DNA of 64,000 nt, from assembly GCA_000708835.1 (NCBI GenBank), contig DF237109.1, forward strand, positions 64,126-128,125, in the 5' to 3' direction. A program made the position numbers and the translations under genes. The notes below the pieces were generated by a model. The model was not told the DNA's origin. It saw nothing but the letters and a program-made list of their open reading frames with translations, and made no database searches. This DNA is from Klebsormidium nitens (lineage: Eukaryota > Plantae > Klebsormidiophyceae). Of this stretch, positions 24,019-40,676 are shown piece by piece; position 1 is the stretch's first letter, and the number at the start of each line of letters is the position of its first letter.

Positions 24019-24506
24019 NNNNNNNNNNNNNNNNNNNNNNNNNNNNNNNNNNNNNNNNNNNNNNNNNNNNNNNNNNNNNNNNNNNNNNNNNNNNNNNNNN
24101 NNNNNNNNNNNNNNNNNNNNNNNNNNNNNNNNNNNNNNNNNNNNNNNNNNNNNNNNNNNNNNNNNNNNNNNNNNNNNNNNNNNNNNNNNNNNNNNNNNNN
24201 NNNNNNNNNNNNNNNNNNNNNNNNNNNNNNNNNNNNNNNNNNNNNNNNNNNNNNNNNNNNNNNNNNNNNNNNNNNNNNNNNNNNNNNNNNNNNNNNNNNN
24301 NNNNNNNNNNNNNNNNNNNNNNNNNNNNNNNNNNNNNNNNNNNNNNNNNNNNNNNNNNNNNNNNNNNNNNNNNNNNNNNNNNNNNNNNNNNNNNNNNNNN
24401 NNNNNNNNNNNNNNNNNNNNNNNNNNNNNNNNNNNNNNNNNNNNNNNNNNNNNNNNNNNNNNNNNNNNNNNNNNNNNNNNNNNNNNNNNNNNNNNNNNNN
24501 NNNNNA
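24019..24506. other. Assembly gap (N run)
   Basis: 488 consecutive N. Confidence 1.
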
Positions 24507-24562
24507 GTGTAAGAGAAGGCGCTCTGCAAAAGTCAAGAATGGCGGCCAACTTTGGTAACCAT

Positions 24563-25115
24563 AAACTTGGTGTCGGATTTGCGGGTGTCGGAGTTGCAAA
24601 CCTCCCATCATCGAAGAGGACGCGCCGGTCGGTACCTACCCCCGCCTTCATTCTCGCGCCAACATCTTGCAGATTTTGCTCTTCGCGCCAGTTCCGACCA
24701 ATGTCCTCAAGGCGAATTCGCGCGAGAGAGCACGCCTAGCTGCAATTGGCCTGTGGCCGGACTGCACATCTTATGAGACCAAGGAGATAGGTATACCGTA
24801 ATATATGTATAATGCGTATATATGCGGCTCGATATTATCTACCTAGTATCTAAACCCCGACTAAAACCAAAAGTCGTAACCCGTATAAATACCCGCTTTA
24901 CACCCGTGCCCACCTTAAACCCCTATACTAATCCCGTTTCAGTGCAGTGACACCGTGTTATTATCTCAGCATGTTTGATCGTACCTATCTTTCTTTATTT
25001 TGTACCGTCCGATGAACGGTACCCTTGAATTTATGACGAAGTCTGCGGTCGGAACTGAGCCTCTGCCGGCTACGACTCTCCAAAATCCGACACCGGGAAA
25101 TCCGACACCAACTTT
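24563..25115. mobile_element. Nested fold-back/MITE-like inverted-repeat segment
   Basis: aaacttggtgtcggatttgcgggtgtcggagtt (24563-24595) is a near reverse complement of aatccgacaccgggaaatccgacaccaacttt (25084-25115). An inner pair agttccgacc (24690) / ggtcggaact (25047) lies between them. Confidence 0.55.
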
Positions 25116-26401
25116 CTGGATACCCAACTGTGCGCCTCCTATGCTGCTAATTGAGATTTGCCCTCAATAAAACTTGATGTTGGAGCTTCAAAGGACATCT
25201 AATGACGCCCTCCCAACATTTTTTTTTGCTTGTCAAAGAGTTTCTATAAGCTTCACAAGCCTCCTCATAGTGTGGCATTTTGATGCTTCAGTGAAAGTGT
25301 AAAATATAACAGTCCACTACACTATTATGACACTCAGTGACGGACGAGGAAATTACTGAGAGTACTCGTTGCGTACATGTTACAGAAGTCCGAGTCGTCG
25401 TAACGTGGACCGCCGGTACTACTGACGAAATTTGATACCGGGTCCCACATTTTCGCTGCGGGAGTCGACTCGGCCGGGACCCACCGTAGGTAACTTGTGC
25501 ACAGAAAGCCTTCTAGTGCGTATTATGTGTACGTTGTGGTCGACCTTGACTTAGGGACCACGGAGATGCACCGCGCGCGCCGTGCGCCGCCATGTAATGC
25601 ACATGCCAGCATGGCCCAGGCCGCGGCCGGGCGGCCCACGCACGGCACCATGCGCCGGGACTCCCCCATTATATAAGCACAAGTGCACTGACGGGAGTCA
25701 CGAATCATAAATGCCTTCGATCGATCTACTTCATTGAGCATATATAGTATCATTGCCCGCGGCCGATCTGCAGGGCGGCGCAAGGTCGCGCAGCGCCTGC
25801 TGCCTAGGGCGCTTCAACTGCCGCGCGGAGCGGAAGACGCATGCATAGGCCGCCCTTGTCCGAGTGAACTTTAGAATCAAAGTTGGAAAATTGCAGTTTA
25901 CGTAATACCAGACTTCATATTGCTTCATTCAGTGCACCCACGACATGCCAGACGCGCACGGCTATATGGATGGTCAGCACACGGAACATGTGCAGTACCG
26001 CACTGACGAAGGCGACAAGCTTGCCAGAGGCCGCAAGGCAGCTGGCTGGTAAGTCAATGCCGCAAACATGTCACTTCAGAAGCAAGTGACTGAGTAAGCA
26101 CATGCGGCATGACGTATGTACATTGAAATTCTCCAGGTGAAGTCAAGCCGCCAATGCACGCACTCTATACAAAACATAGCAAGAGCGCACTTACAGTTGA
26201 CCGACCGCTGACAATAAGAGGACGGCTCATTCTCGATCAAGGACATGCTACCGCCCTGGTCGGCAGACCACACCTACTCTCCTGACCTGTCCTTCCAATT
26301 GCTCGCTCGATAAATTCTCCACGACAGGCTGAACGCCATAAAGCCATGCAAACCCCGTTTGAGAACTTTGCCCAGAAGTCCCGGTCATGTAACCCAGATT
26401 G

Positions 26402-29400
26402 TCACCTTTTGGGTATGGCGTGTCCTGTGGCTGTGAGATGCTTGAAGAGCTGCGTTCTGCGGTCAGCAAGGAGAACACTGTGAGCGGTCTTTGTTCCTGT
26501 CGCAACTTGCTTCCGACAGCCCAAACATAAATCAGCGACGCACTTTGCAGGCCTTCGCAGGTGACATACCGACTGTCCTGCTCCCAGATATTTCCAAGCA
26601 CTCTTGTTGTGGGAAAGTGACTATCCTGGATCCGGGCTATCAAACAAAGATTCAGGATTCCAATTATGGAGGATGCTTTGGTACCTCATGCAGCACACCT
26701 TCCACCAAAGACGGTCATATTGTGGCTAGAGTGAATATGCAGGTTGCCAAAATCTGTAGCGGTGGTTGCAATCGGTTTGCAAGAGCGATACGAGTGGATA
26801 AGGTTCCGGCAACGGCTCTTAAATGAGGACAGCAACGAAGGTGAACAAAGCAGGATACGATGGCAATGAGCGAAGGATGCGTGTCCGACCCACCTGCTGT
26901 CGAACTCTTCCCCGCATGTTACGCACTCCATCTGGGAACCGGCAGTGGCTGCCTGTAATAACGGTGAAGAGCCGGTGTTAGGCTCGGCGCATGGTCGCAT
27001 TAACTCATAACTTCACAAGCTTACCGTGCTTTACACTTTACACTGAATCGGCAGAGAAAGCAACTTCGCCTTCCACAGCTTCTAATGACATTCTGTTCTC
27101 GCCCCTTTGCACAGCGGCTTCGAAAAGATTGTTCCTACCTTCCAATCAGTACCAGGACTTGTCAGGGATCGTTTTGTGGGGAGGCGGGCATAGTGCTTAA
27201 GAGCACAAAGCCTATTTTCAGTGTTGAGATGACCCACTGTCAACAACGTAAACTGCATATTGTGCTCAAAACCCCTCATTACAAGGAACTCTGCTTCCAA
27301 GGTCCCGGGAATCGAAGCCCGCGTCAAAGCACAAACGTGCTGAGGCTGTAAGAGATTCTCGAAGAAGAAAGGTCAGCAACGCCTCACCTTCGAGCCTTTC
27401 CCCTTCTTCCCTTTCCTGCCCCTCGCTGACGTCACATCCGGCGCAAGCTCGGCGGCCTGCGCGCCTTCCTTCTTGGCTCGGTTCGCCGCCCGCCGTGCCT
27501 TTTTCGCCTTCGCCGTGTCCCGTTGCGGCGCCTCTGTTTCGTCATTCTCTTCTTTCGAAACTTCGGCCGTTTCGTTGGTTGCATCTCTTTCTGCGCTGAC
27601 CTCATTAGCTTTCCCCTCGCTTTCCTCGCCTGTCGGAGCCACGTCTGTGGCACCCGGCTCTTCGTCAACCTTCTCCACATCGTTTGCTTCTGTCTCCCTT
27701 TCTTCCGCAACATTTTCATCCGATTTCCCGGCTTCAGAAGTATTTCGTTTGCCCCTCTTTGTCCGAGGAACCGCCCCGTTCTGCGCCTTATGCAATCGCA
27801 GCAAGTCCCCTAGCCCATCGTCGTCTTCCGCCCCGCTCTCTGCGCCGTCCTCTTCAGCTTCGCTTTCAGATTCCTGGCTCGCATCTTCAGAAACCGTCCC
27901 ATCGTCCGACCCCTGGCTTGCTGCCTCTGCTCCTTTCGAACCCCGCTGCTGCTGCATTCGCATCAGATCGCCTAACCCGTCCTCGGACTCAGCCTCGGAA
28001 CCACTTTCTTCTGCCCCGTCGCTCCTACCATTTTCATCATCTCCAACGCTCCCCTCTGCTTCGCTATCTTCGGTAGGCGGCCGCGCTTCCTCCTCCCCCG
28101 TTTCTAGTTCACTCCTCCTACTCCTCTCCGCTTCTTGCGCATCCAACTCCGCCAGGATCTCCTCGTCCGTGACCGGACCCCGTCCCTTGCTGATGTCATC
28201 CTGCGCGCTGCTGACGTCAGCGCCCTCCGACGCGGTGTCGAAGTCGTCGTGGATTTCGTCGTCTGAGGCTGCGCTAGCGTCCTCTTCTTCTTGCAGTAGC
28301 GCTTCCTTGAGAATGGCCGCCCGCTCGAGGTGCTTCCGGGACTTCTCGTGGTTCTTCCACCTGAGAGGAAAAGACTGATTCTCTACACGCTTTGTGGGCA
28401 GATTGAGGGTCATCATGTCGTTGCCAAACCGTTCACCGAGTGAGGATGCGCTCGACAATCTTTGTGGCCGTTCTGGTTTAGTGGACGGTAGAATATGTTG
28501 CGAGCAAAGAACCTGATCTACGTCAGGACCGTGGCAGAGCGTGCCTCTTTTATCGAATCTCCCACCAATCAGACTGTCATGCCCTTTAACAATTCCTCTG
28601 CAAGAACTCTCTTCGTCACAACGCGCACTTCAATTCACCATCAAAGAATGTTACGGCTACCACCTGTCGGCTCTTAACAAGCCCTGGGTCACTCACTGCT
28701 TCTCTGACTTGAAGCTCTTTCCGCACGCTACACAGTAAAATTCCTCCTCCCCTCCCTCCTTCTTGTCTTTTGAAGCGTCCCCCCACCAGCCCTCGTCCGT
28801 CAGCTTCTCCGCCCCCTCGTTGACCGCCCAGTCCTGCTCCACATACATCGCCGCCGCCTCCGCTTTCTTACGGGCCAGCTTCTCACGATGAGCGCGAGCC
28901 TCCTCTTGCTCTCGCAGCGCCTGTCAGGTTGAAGAATTAACTGAACTAATCTAGGTATAGATATTCCTGTATTTCGCCCAAAGTTTTTGAGGTGAGAGAA
29001 GTTGGTGAAAAAAACTTGTGTTCTACTATTAGCAAATCGCTTCAAGCCCCTAACATTAAACTCGCAACTGAGGGGCTTTCAAGGAGGCTGACCGCTGAGA
29101 AGGACAGTGCCCTGAAGGTCTGCAGTTTCATATCAGAGAAGAGTATCTGCACGAAGAAAGAGACATTTTCAAATTGGTACACGAAGAAGTGCGAAGGATT
29201 GCCAACTCCAAAATAAAGGTGCTACTCCAATCAAGTCCTGTAAAATGAGAGCGATCTCCCACTTTGCAAACAGGTGCGGCCCCCACCTGCAGTTTTTTTT
29301 GCTCGAGCGTCCGCTCCATGACGCGCTTGTCGCGCTTCTTGCACCACGCCGCGAGCGCGCGCACCTCCTCGTTGAACTTCTTGCGCATCGCGCGCACCTT

Positions 29401-30382
29401 CTTCGCGTTCTCTGTCTCCATCAGCCGCCGCACCTGCCGGTTCGGCGCCGCGGCCAGGTTGTACTCGGCAGCCCATAGGAACTCCTTGACGGTCGTGAAG
29501 TTGAGCCAGTGGGAGTAGAACGACGAGACCGCCGAGTAGGGGCTCGAGAAGGTGCCCAAGGACGGGAGGGGGCTAAAATCGAGGCCGGTTCGCCGGGCGG
29601 CCTGGTGAGAGAACAAGATTGAGAAAAGAATTATGGCCCTTCAGGAGTTTGTGAAGAGAACAAATTTTAATGGAAGGGTGGTAAGAGGGGGCTTGCTGGT
29701 TCGCGAGGGCACTTGACACCCCAGCTTCTTCACGCTTATCATGCACCAAAGCCAACAACTGTGACTAAGCGGCTGCTCAGTTTTATTTAGACGAAATGAA
29801 GGCTGTTGCCCTCAAAACTCTTAAGCTTGATTGGGGACGATCATGGATGCAACCTGCTTGGCTGCGAGCTGCCACAGCCACCACCGTCTCAACAAAGTTG
29901 AAACCCAGTTTGCATCTGCCATGAAATTCTGATGTCTGTATTTCTGAAAACGCCAGTGAAATTGATGCTTGTTGCTGGCTCACCTGCATTTCGTTCTTTG
30001 CAATCTCGTCAAATACCTTGCCGTAGACGCTGTAAAACCCCTGGCCGGTGTCCCCATAACCCGAAAATGCCGAAGTGCTGAAGTACGCCCAGAGGTTGAT
30101 GCCCTCCTCCGCTTGTGGGGCGCCCGTCTCTGCCCCCGCATAGTGAGTGCTGCCCCCCCTCAGGATCTCTTCCCTGTGTGCATCATACCAGGCGCGTTCG
30201 TTCTTGTCGCTAAGCACCTCGTATGCATTTTGAATCTCTTTGAAGCGGACAGTGGCCTCCTCCTGCCGTCCGGCGTTCTTGTCCGGATGCCAGACGAGCG
30301 CCAGCCGGCGGTATGCCACCCGCAGCTCGTCGGGGCTGGCATCCCGCGCCACCTCCAGCGCGTCGTACAGATCGCGTGGCAT
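26402..30382 (-). CDS. JJJ1: DNAJC21/JJJ1-like J-domain protein with two C2H2 zinc fingers
   Basis: J domain [79 protein letters not shown]; long acidic exon 27380-28361; terminal MECVTCGEEFDSRTQLFKHLTATGH, stop at 26402. Confidence 0.92.
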
Positions 30383-31325
30383 GATGAAAACAGACTCTCA
30401 GAGGTGGTGCTTGATCTAGTCCACGCCTGAGCGTATAAAACATGCATTAGCTGCATAAAGTGGTGGTATTAGTAAGTTGCCGTGGTAAGTGCCTGGCAAT
30501 CACGAAGTCAACTGGTGGTGTGCTATTGCTGGACAAAACGGGATTCTTGCTGCCTTAGCGTGCAGCTCATCTCCTTCTAGACTAAAAACGCTTTCTCTGA
30601 AAGAGACAAAAGCAGCCATAACGAACAGCAGTACCGTCCTTGATGGTGGCCAGTGCAGTTGGCTGCCAAATCCGCGCCTGGAAATCGAGTTTGCTGCGGA
30701 CTCGTGAAGATGCTGTACTGTGTCGACATGACCCGGGTGCGTGTCTGAGCTCGGTTACAGAGCACCGTGTTTTTTGCAACCGCTGCGTGTGTGAAACTCT
30801 AGAACTTCAAATGAATAAGAGGGGATGGTATACATCGATCGATATCGAACAGAGGTTGCAGGGTTCTGACTGACCCGGTACAAGATTGAGAGTGATCGGT
30901 AGAAATTGTGACCGGTTGGCGGCAGGAAGACGACGAAACTTCAAACTGCGTGGCCAGCACCAGCCTCACTGTCAGTGTCAGTGCCAGCATACGAATTTTC
31001 AACAGTGCAAGTCGACCAGCGAGTTCCCCTTCCTTGCGGAATCGAAGCGCTTCTCTCCCTTCTCAGAATCTCACGGTAGAGACACAATTGGAGGTGTGGG
31101 GATTGCTGGATAAGACAGGGCGCGTTTCTTTTGTTGCCCAGGTTTCCTAAGCGGCCTGAAGGAAGTATTGCTTGCGCAGACTGGATACTTACGGTTGTGC
31201 GCTTCTGTACATTTACAATAGTGCAAAGCAGGGTTTCTGCAGGGGTCACTGACTTCTTCACTACCAGCACCTAGAGGTGTGCAAGAGCGCATTCTTTAGA
31301 AAGCAGACAGAGTATTGTAGCAAAC

Positions 31326-33991
<2,666 letters not shown>

Positions 33992-35018
33992 GTTGTTGGA
34001 CTCGCCAGCACAGAGAAAGAGGTTGGGTGACATGGTCATGTCGGAGCTCCTGGTAGCCGCAGCAGTGCAACATGCACTCAGCGTGGCTGCTGGTTTTTGC
34101 TTGGACCAAGCTGGTTGTAGGTCGTGTAGAGATATGAGGGTACATATTATGTCAAGCTTGTGAATTATGCAGCAAACCTTTGACTGATCCAGTGCCAGCC
34201 GGGGATTTTCGCCCTTTCATTCCATGCAATGCTCCTCGAGCATTCACGTGTGGCCGTATTGTCGCTAATCCAAAACTTAAAAGTCATGGGCGCCATGGCC
34301 TCTCCAATCTGGGCGTCTTGCAATGAAGAAGCCCTCTCTGTTGAAGATGTTTTCGTGCCAATGCAGTATGTCAAGCATACCTACTGAATACTGTCCGGAA
34401 TGCCCAATCACCTGCGCAAGTTGATCGTTGCTCAATCACCAGCTGAATGTTGAAAGAATCATCTATGGCTTGGCATGAATTCGGCAGGCCGTCAACGTTC
34501 CTATGACAGATTATTGCATGCAATACGTTCCGACGAGTCCGTGCTTCAGCATGCATGCTTGACAGTGACCATGATGAAGCTTCACATGTGATTATATATG
34601 TATAATTTGCTTGTTATATAGGACATAATCCCATTGTATATGCTGGTGCCTTGAAGACTTGCACGACTCGGAGAGTTGTGACCGGCCGAGCCAGTGATTC
34701 TGACCTAGACCATCAGCTATATATCTAGCAACAGCTACCAGCGTACGTAACAGGCCATCCATGTTAAGCAAGAGCCTAGCATGCAATTATGGTTACAAAA
34801 GGCCCCAACTTCGCAAGAAGTGGAGCCTTGAACGCGGTCGACTTGCGGCCAGAGGAAAATCAAACAGCAGTCCATCGACCAGGCTTTTAAACTGAACACC
34901 GCTTGAAAGGCACGGCCTTTTAGACCAGCATCTCTGCTTCATGGACAGGTTCTTTAAGCAAGGTAGAACTCTAAGAAGCCTACTCATATGCCAACTCCCT
35001 CTACAAGAAATCCAAAAT

Positions 35019-38000
35019 TCATGCCTTTCTCCGCTTCTTCTTCCTTCGCCTCCGCTCCTCCTCACTATCTTCGCTCTCGCTGTCACTCTCACTGCAAGAG
35101 CCAGCGATGCCACATATATCAGAAACAGCAAACACTCCCACCGTTATTCTGAACAAAGAGAGGTTCAGGAAACACACCCGACGCAAGGGATACTGAGAAA
35201 CCCAGCACGACTGCATGTCAGGGGCAGCGATCAGAAAAGATTGATCGGTCTGTCCAATTGACACAACAAACAATTTTGACCCTGTGTCTCTCGTTCTTTG
35301 CATTCGTCACATCATGCTGCATCACATGCGCAGACTAGCTAAGGAGCTGCAAAGTTTCCTAGAAAGACTTTGGCTTTGCACGTTCAGTATGAACACAGAA
35401 TCTTGGCAAGCCTTCACTTCAAACCGCTTCTCGCCTCACCTGTCGCTGTCCGACTCCGAGTCGCTCTCGCTGTCACTGTCGCTCTCGGAGTCGCTGTCAG
35501 TGCCGCTGCTGGATGCGTCCGCCTGCAACATAGACAAGTAAGGACTGGGCTTAACAGGTTGCGAGCGCTCAGGTAAGCTCCAAAGGGAAGGCAGTCCTGA
35601 ATCTCGCAATAGGACACCCGTTGAACACTGACGGACCGCCTAAATCAAACGCCTCAGCGCCCTCGATTGAGGACTTGAGTATCTCATAAGCGTTGATGAC
35701 GCTCGATGCAATGACACGAAGCCTTCTCTCGCACACGTGGCTGCCGACCTCTCTAGACCGAAGTGAAGTCCTTTTGGAAAAGGTAACAACTGAAGGACTG
35801 GCACACGCACGGTGGCTGCATCCCCGCTGTGATCAGCTTCTTGGAACATGCCCGACACAGATTGCATTGCGCGGATAAATGACTCAGGTGCGACTGAAAA
35901 AGCGAATTGGTGTTTGTAGAATGGAAGCAAAGGAGAAAACACGGAATTTCTTTTCGAACACTGGGATTCAAAACGCATGTGGATATCATGCTGCCAAGCC
36001 ACTGGGCACGTGCAAAGGTAGCAAAGACAAGGAACTCTTAGCCGAGAGAAACGCTGACCCAGGATGGAGTGGTTCCCTGGCGGCTGCTGCATTGGTCCTT
36101 GACGTGGAAAAAGCAAGAAGAGTCCAAAGCAGCCAAGCCATGCAGAGGCCGAAGACAGAGGCATAAACGAGTATAGGCTTCAAAGCTCGAGGCGCCAGCT
36201 GGCGGCGGGGCGCGCACCTGCGGGGGCGGCTGCTGCTGCATGATCTGCTTGGGCATGTTCTTGAGGTGCTCGCGCAGGCCGTCGGTGAGCCCCCCGAGCC
36301 CGATGGACGTGAAGAAGTTGATCGAGAAGCGCGTGTTCTTGGGCGTGTCCCGCGGGAAGATGCCCTCCACGTCAGCAGTGTGCAGCGGGTCCGTCAGCCG
36401 CGCGTTCAGCTGACGCAGGCCCAGGTGCTCCGACAGCTCCTGAAACCGCGGGTTGATAATTGCGTTTAGAGAAGGGTCAGATCCAGACGATGGGACGGGG
36501 ACGGGGACAAGTGTACACGAACGCAAAGCTCTTGTAAACATCACCGTAACACGGTCGAAGGGAGGGGCTGCTCGGGCAGCTTCGCAGAAACTAGATTGAG
36601 AGGCAAGAGCAACGTCTGCGACCACAGGCTGAGGGTTCAAGATGCTTTCCGAGGCACCGAAAAACCTTGAAGCAACAGGAGAAGGATACGTGCAAGGGTA
36701 AGCCGATCGCAAAACGACCGGACGAAGAGTGATGGTAAACCATGATTTGAACAGTGATGTTTCCCAGGGAGTTAAGGACACCTCTAGATGCACAGGCCAG
36801 AAAAAAGATCTAATTGGACTAACGGAGCAGCGCATGCGGGGCCGCACCTGGAAGAGGATCTTGATGAAGATGCGCGAGGAGGAGGTGGTGTCCTCCTCGG
36901 TGAGGCGGATGTAGCCCAGCACCTGCCACTCCAGCGCGTCCGTGCCCAGCAGGTGGGCAAAGAACTTGGCCACGTTGCGCAGCTTGTTCGTCTCCAGCCT
37001 GCGCACGTGGAAAAAGCGGACAGTCAGAAGATGGGGCGGGTGAACATGTCGAAAGGAAAACCGCAAACGGGTCCTCCGTCGTTGCGTTGAGTTCTAAGTG
37101 CAAACTATCGGAAAGAGGAAAGTAAGGCCTCTCTTTCCCGGACAAAGTCTGACTTTGGGGAGCTTTCGCCTGACCAAAACAACAACCCCTTGACTGCCGT
37201 TGTTTCGCAATCCATGACGAGTGCATCTGATGAAAGCGGGTTTTCAAATATGCTCGACATGCTTGTATGCATCTACACCTGCTTTCAAAGCAGGGAAAAG
37301 AGCTGCGAGAGCCCAAACTTTTTGTAGCGAACACGCCAAAGCTGGAAAATCGTAACTTTGACGCACCTGTGGATCATGGAGTACTGCTTGACGAAGCACT
37401 CCTCGAAGTTGGCCTGGTAGGTGCGGTTGAGGTTGCAGAAGCGCTGCCCCAGCAGGCCGTAGTAGCGCATGTACGTGCGCTCCTGGCTGCAGCACTCCAG
37501 CAGCATCAGGCACACCTCCATCTGGGGCACAGCACAGCACGGACAACGGTCAGCATGACGTCAGCCAGCTCGTGCAGCTGCCAATCATCGCATTCGGCGA
37601 GCACCAGTAGTCGACAATCAAGTGTTGATAGTACGTGACCAGAAGACAGGCTCATGATTATATCTGGACTTCTTGGCAGGCTTTTGCTGGCAGACACCTC
37701 AGCTTTGATCTGGCTCGTTTCACGGACAGCGTTTTTTCATATCGTGGCAGACAACGGGAAACCAGGAGAGCGCCCGCAGCTGCAAGAGTTCACCCGCAAC
37801 ATAGGTCCATGCATAAAGCCGACATCTGCACGCCAATCCGAGGCCCACAGGAAGACAAACCGCTTGCTTGAAGGAACTGTGGACTAGCAAGACTTAAAAC
37901 CCAAGAGTTTGAAATCGACAAATCCGACAATTCCGCCCAAAAATCCCTAGCCCCGGTCGGCCTTACCTCTTGCCCAGGCGCCAGGTGTATCTTGAGCAGC

Positions 38001-40676
38001 TTGTGGCCCGCCTCCTCAAAATCGACGCTGGACATGATGGTCAGGTAGATCGTACGCCGCAGGTTCACCAGGTTGGTCTCCGTCTCGTCGCGGATCTGCA
38101 TCTGCTCCTCCGTTTCTTCCTCGTCCTCTTCGTCGCTCTCTTCTTCGTCGTCCTCGCCCTCCTCGCCACCTTCTTCCTCAGACTCCTGCAACAAAGTTAC
38201 GCAAAAATCTCAAACGTGCCCAGGCGCGCTTTCAGGAAGAAAACGCGTTTCGATTGCACTACAGCAAGTAAGGGCTTGAATGAATGACAGCGGGTAGTCA
38301 CGGGTCTGGAACAGGGATCTGGGTAAGTGCTCAGTGTCCGAGTCGGTCAGTAGGACGAGTTCGCCCTCTCTAGTTCGATTCAGACAGTCACCAAAGTTGA
38401 AACAGACCTTAGTCGGAGACCTATGGCAGCCAGACCTTTATGCTAGCATTTTCTCCAACCAAGACCTGCTCTGCCTTACCTCTCCAAGAAGCTCCTTCTT
38501 GACCTTCTCGTAGGCTGCCTCGTCTTCCAGGTAAGTGGGGCTCTCCTTGAAGATGTCTGCACCAACAATCAGGGAATGATCAAAACTCCATCGCAAATTG
38601 TAAGAAAGGGCTATGAGGACCTGAACTGTGCGCCGAGCAGAAAACCAAAGTGCTCAATCGTGCACAAATCAGAAACCAAACAGCTAGGATGGGCAAGTGT
38701 AACCACTTCAATAACTACTTCAATAGTTGGATACCGAGGACGCTGATGCAACACTGGTCAATTCAGCACACCCGTGATCGAAACGACCTGACACAAGCGG
38801 CTTGCCAAAGATGCTTTTGCTGAAAACCCACAACTTCCTAACCATGATAGAAACGACCTGCCACAAATGGCTTGCCTCAGTATCTGAAAGAGGCTTCTGT
38901 TAAGAAACCATAACTTCAGAATCGGCTGCGCTCCTTGACAGGAGGCTTTTTGCATGATCAAAGAATCGCACACTCACCTAGCGCTGTCTCGGGGTCCAAG
39001 TTGTCCTCCAGCGACACCTCGTGCGTGATCTGGTCTTCCGTTTCAACCAAATCCAAATCTTTCCCCACGGCAGGGAACGCCTCAAACTTGGTCCGCCTGG
39101 CCGCCGACAGGTCCTCGAAGATGTACTGCGCCCGCAGCCCAACTTCGCCTTCTTGCGCAATCCTGCGCATTGCCTCGAAGATGCCGTGCAGCCCCTGAGG
39201 CGACATGTCCGCCAGAGTCGCTCCGACTTCCTTCACAAAACCCGCAGCAACCTCAAAGCTGTCCTCTGTTGGCTTTTCCAGGAGCAGCGTGAGCAGCTCG
39301 AGCGCGATCACCTCGTGGGCGACTTGCTGGTTGACTAGGTGCGCGATCATTTTGACCGCCGCCAGGCACAGCGGCTTGTCGTTGCGCTTGAACGCGCGCC
39401 GGAACTGCAGCACGACCCTCTTCAGCACTAACTCCCCCAGCTCCGGGAACTTGGTATTAACCACCGCTAGGAGCGCTGCGTAGACGGGCGTGAACGTGGG
39501 CGACGCGAGCTGGGATTTGAGCAGGGAACGAGCGAACAAGCCCCGCCCACGAATCAGGTTCTCGGAGAAGAGCTCGAGCACGATGTTGCGGATGTTGGCC
39601 GTGTTGACTTTGTTGATGAGCCCGTTGATCGACTTGCGCAGCGCATCCCACGTGAGCCGTTGATACTCCTTGCTAGCCTTGTCATCCACCGCTTGCATCA
39701 TCCGCGCCAGCTTGAACGGGGGGATGTACGCACCCCCCGTCCGCGTAAGCGCCGCAATGTTCGCTCTCGCCGGGCCGTTTGCAACAACCGGAGCCTTTCC
39801 GTTTGCTCCGTCGGGCTCGGTTCGCTCTTCCCTCAGCTCCTTATCTCTCCCGTTTTCATCCTCTCGCAAACGAGGCTCTCCCCGGCCCCTGTCCCGCCTG
39901 TCGTCCTCCCTTTCCCCCCTGTCTCTCTTTCTATCTCGATCGCGCCGCTCCCAATCGCCGTCGTCGTTCCCCCGTCTCCGGTCTTCCCGCCTGTCATCCC
40001 CTGTCCTGTCATTATACCGATCTCGACGCCGGTCCCTATACCGATCCTCATCATCATCCCGCCTCCTTTCCCGCCGGTCATCCTCCCCCCTCCGATCGCG
40101 CCGGTCATCATCCCCCCTCCGGTCGCGCCTGTCATCTTCTCGCCGCCTATCCCTCCTCTCCTCATCGCTCCGCCTGCTACTCCGCTCCTCCCTCCCCCCC
40201 CTCCTTTCATCCTCCGGATCGTCCTCCCCCCCATACCTGCTTAATTTCCTCAACTCCTCATCCTCCGGCACTTCTTCCAGCCTCTCGCCCCCGGCTCTCC
40301 CCATTCTCTTCCGAGGACTCATCGGGCTGGGGCTGGGACTCCGCTGCCCCCTCCGGTGGTCCGGCGTCGCTTTTGGCGGCTTCAGCATGACGATCCTCTC
40401 GGGCGTCGGGCTCGGCGTCACGCTCGCGTTTGCGCGCCTGACGGGCGCCTCCCCATCCGCTGTGGGGCTGAAGTGGGGGCTAGCTTCGTCGGCTCGGGGA
40501 CTGGGGCTCCGCAGGAGGGGGGACCGCGGCCCCTCTTGTGGGAGGGGTCCGGACGGCGCATGGTGTTCCTCTGCTTCGGGCGACATGCTGCGGCTGAGCA
40601 GCGGCTCGAAGGGGGAGCTCAGGCCGCCAGCGCTGACGTCAGGGCTTGGGCTGCGGTCTCCCGAGGGTTCCGCCAT
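35019..40676 (-). CDS. CWC22: Pre-mRNA splicing factor CWC22 (MIF4G + MA3), with an RD/RE-rich N-terminus and SD-rich tail
   Basis: [46 protein letters not shown]; [31 protein letters not shown]; [18 protein letters not shown]; [21 protein letters not shown]; [15 protein letters not shown]. Confidence 0.96.

Larger units (their letters stand above)
23723..25490. mobile_element. Non-autonomous TIR DNA transposon (Tc1/mariner-like TA target duplication), containing an assembly gap
   Basis: TA|CCTATGGTGGG ... CCCACCGTAGG|TA. Subterminal ccggtctcaaatttc (about 23761) is inverted against gaaatttgataccgg (about 25427). No transposase ORF is visible. Confidence 0.65.

Noticed and set aside
23787-24739. 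Long ORFs spanning the N run
   Set aside because: Artefacts of translating the assembly gap.
27473-28378. 301-aa Ser-rich + strand ORF
   Set aside because: Antisense shadow of the acidic JJJ1 exon, with no domain signal.
35420-35500. tcgctgtc/ctcgct-type short repeat
   Set aside because: Coding Ser-Asp repeat of the CWC22 tail.
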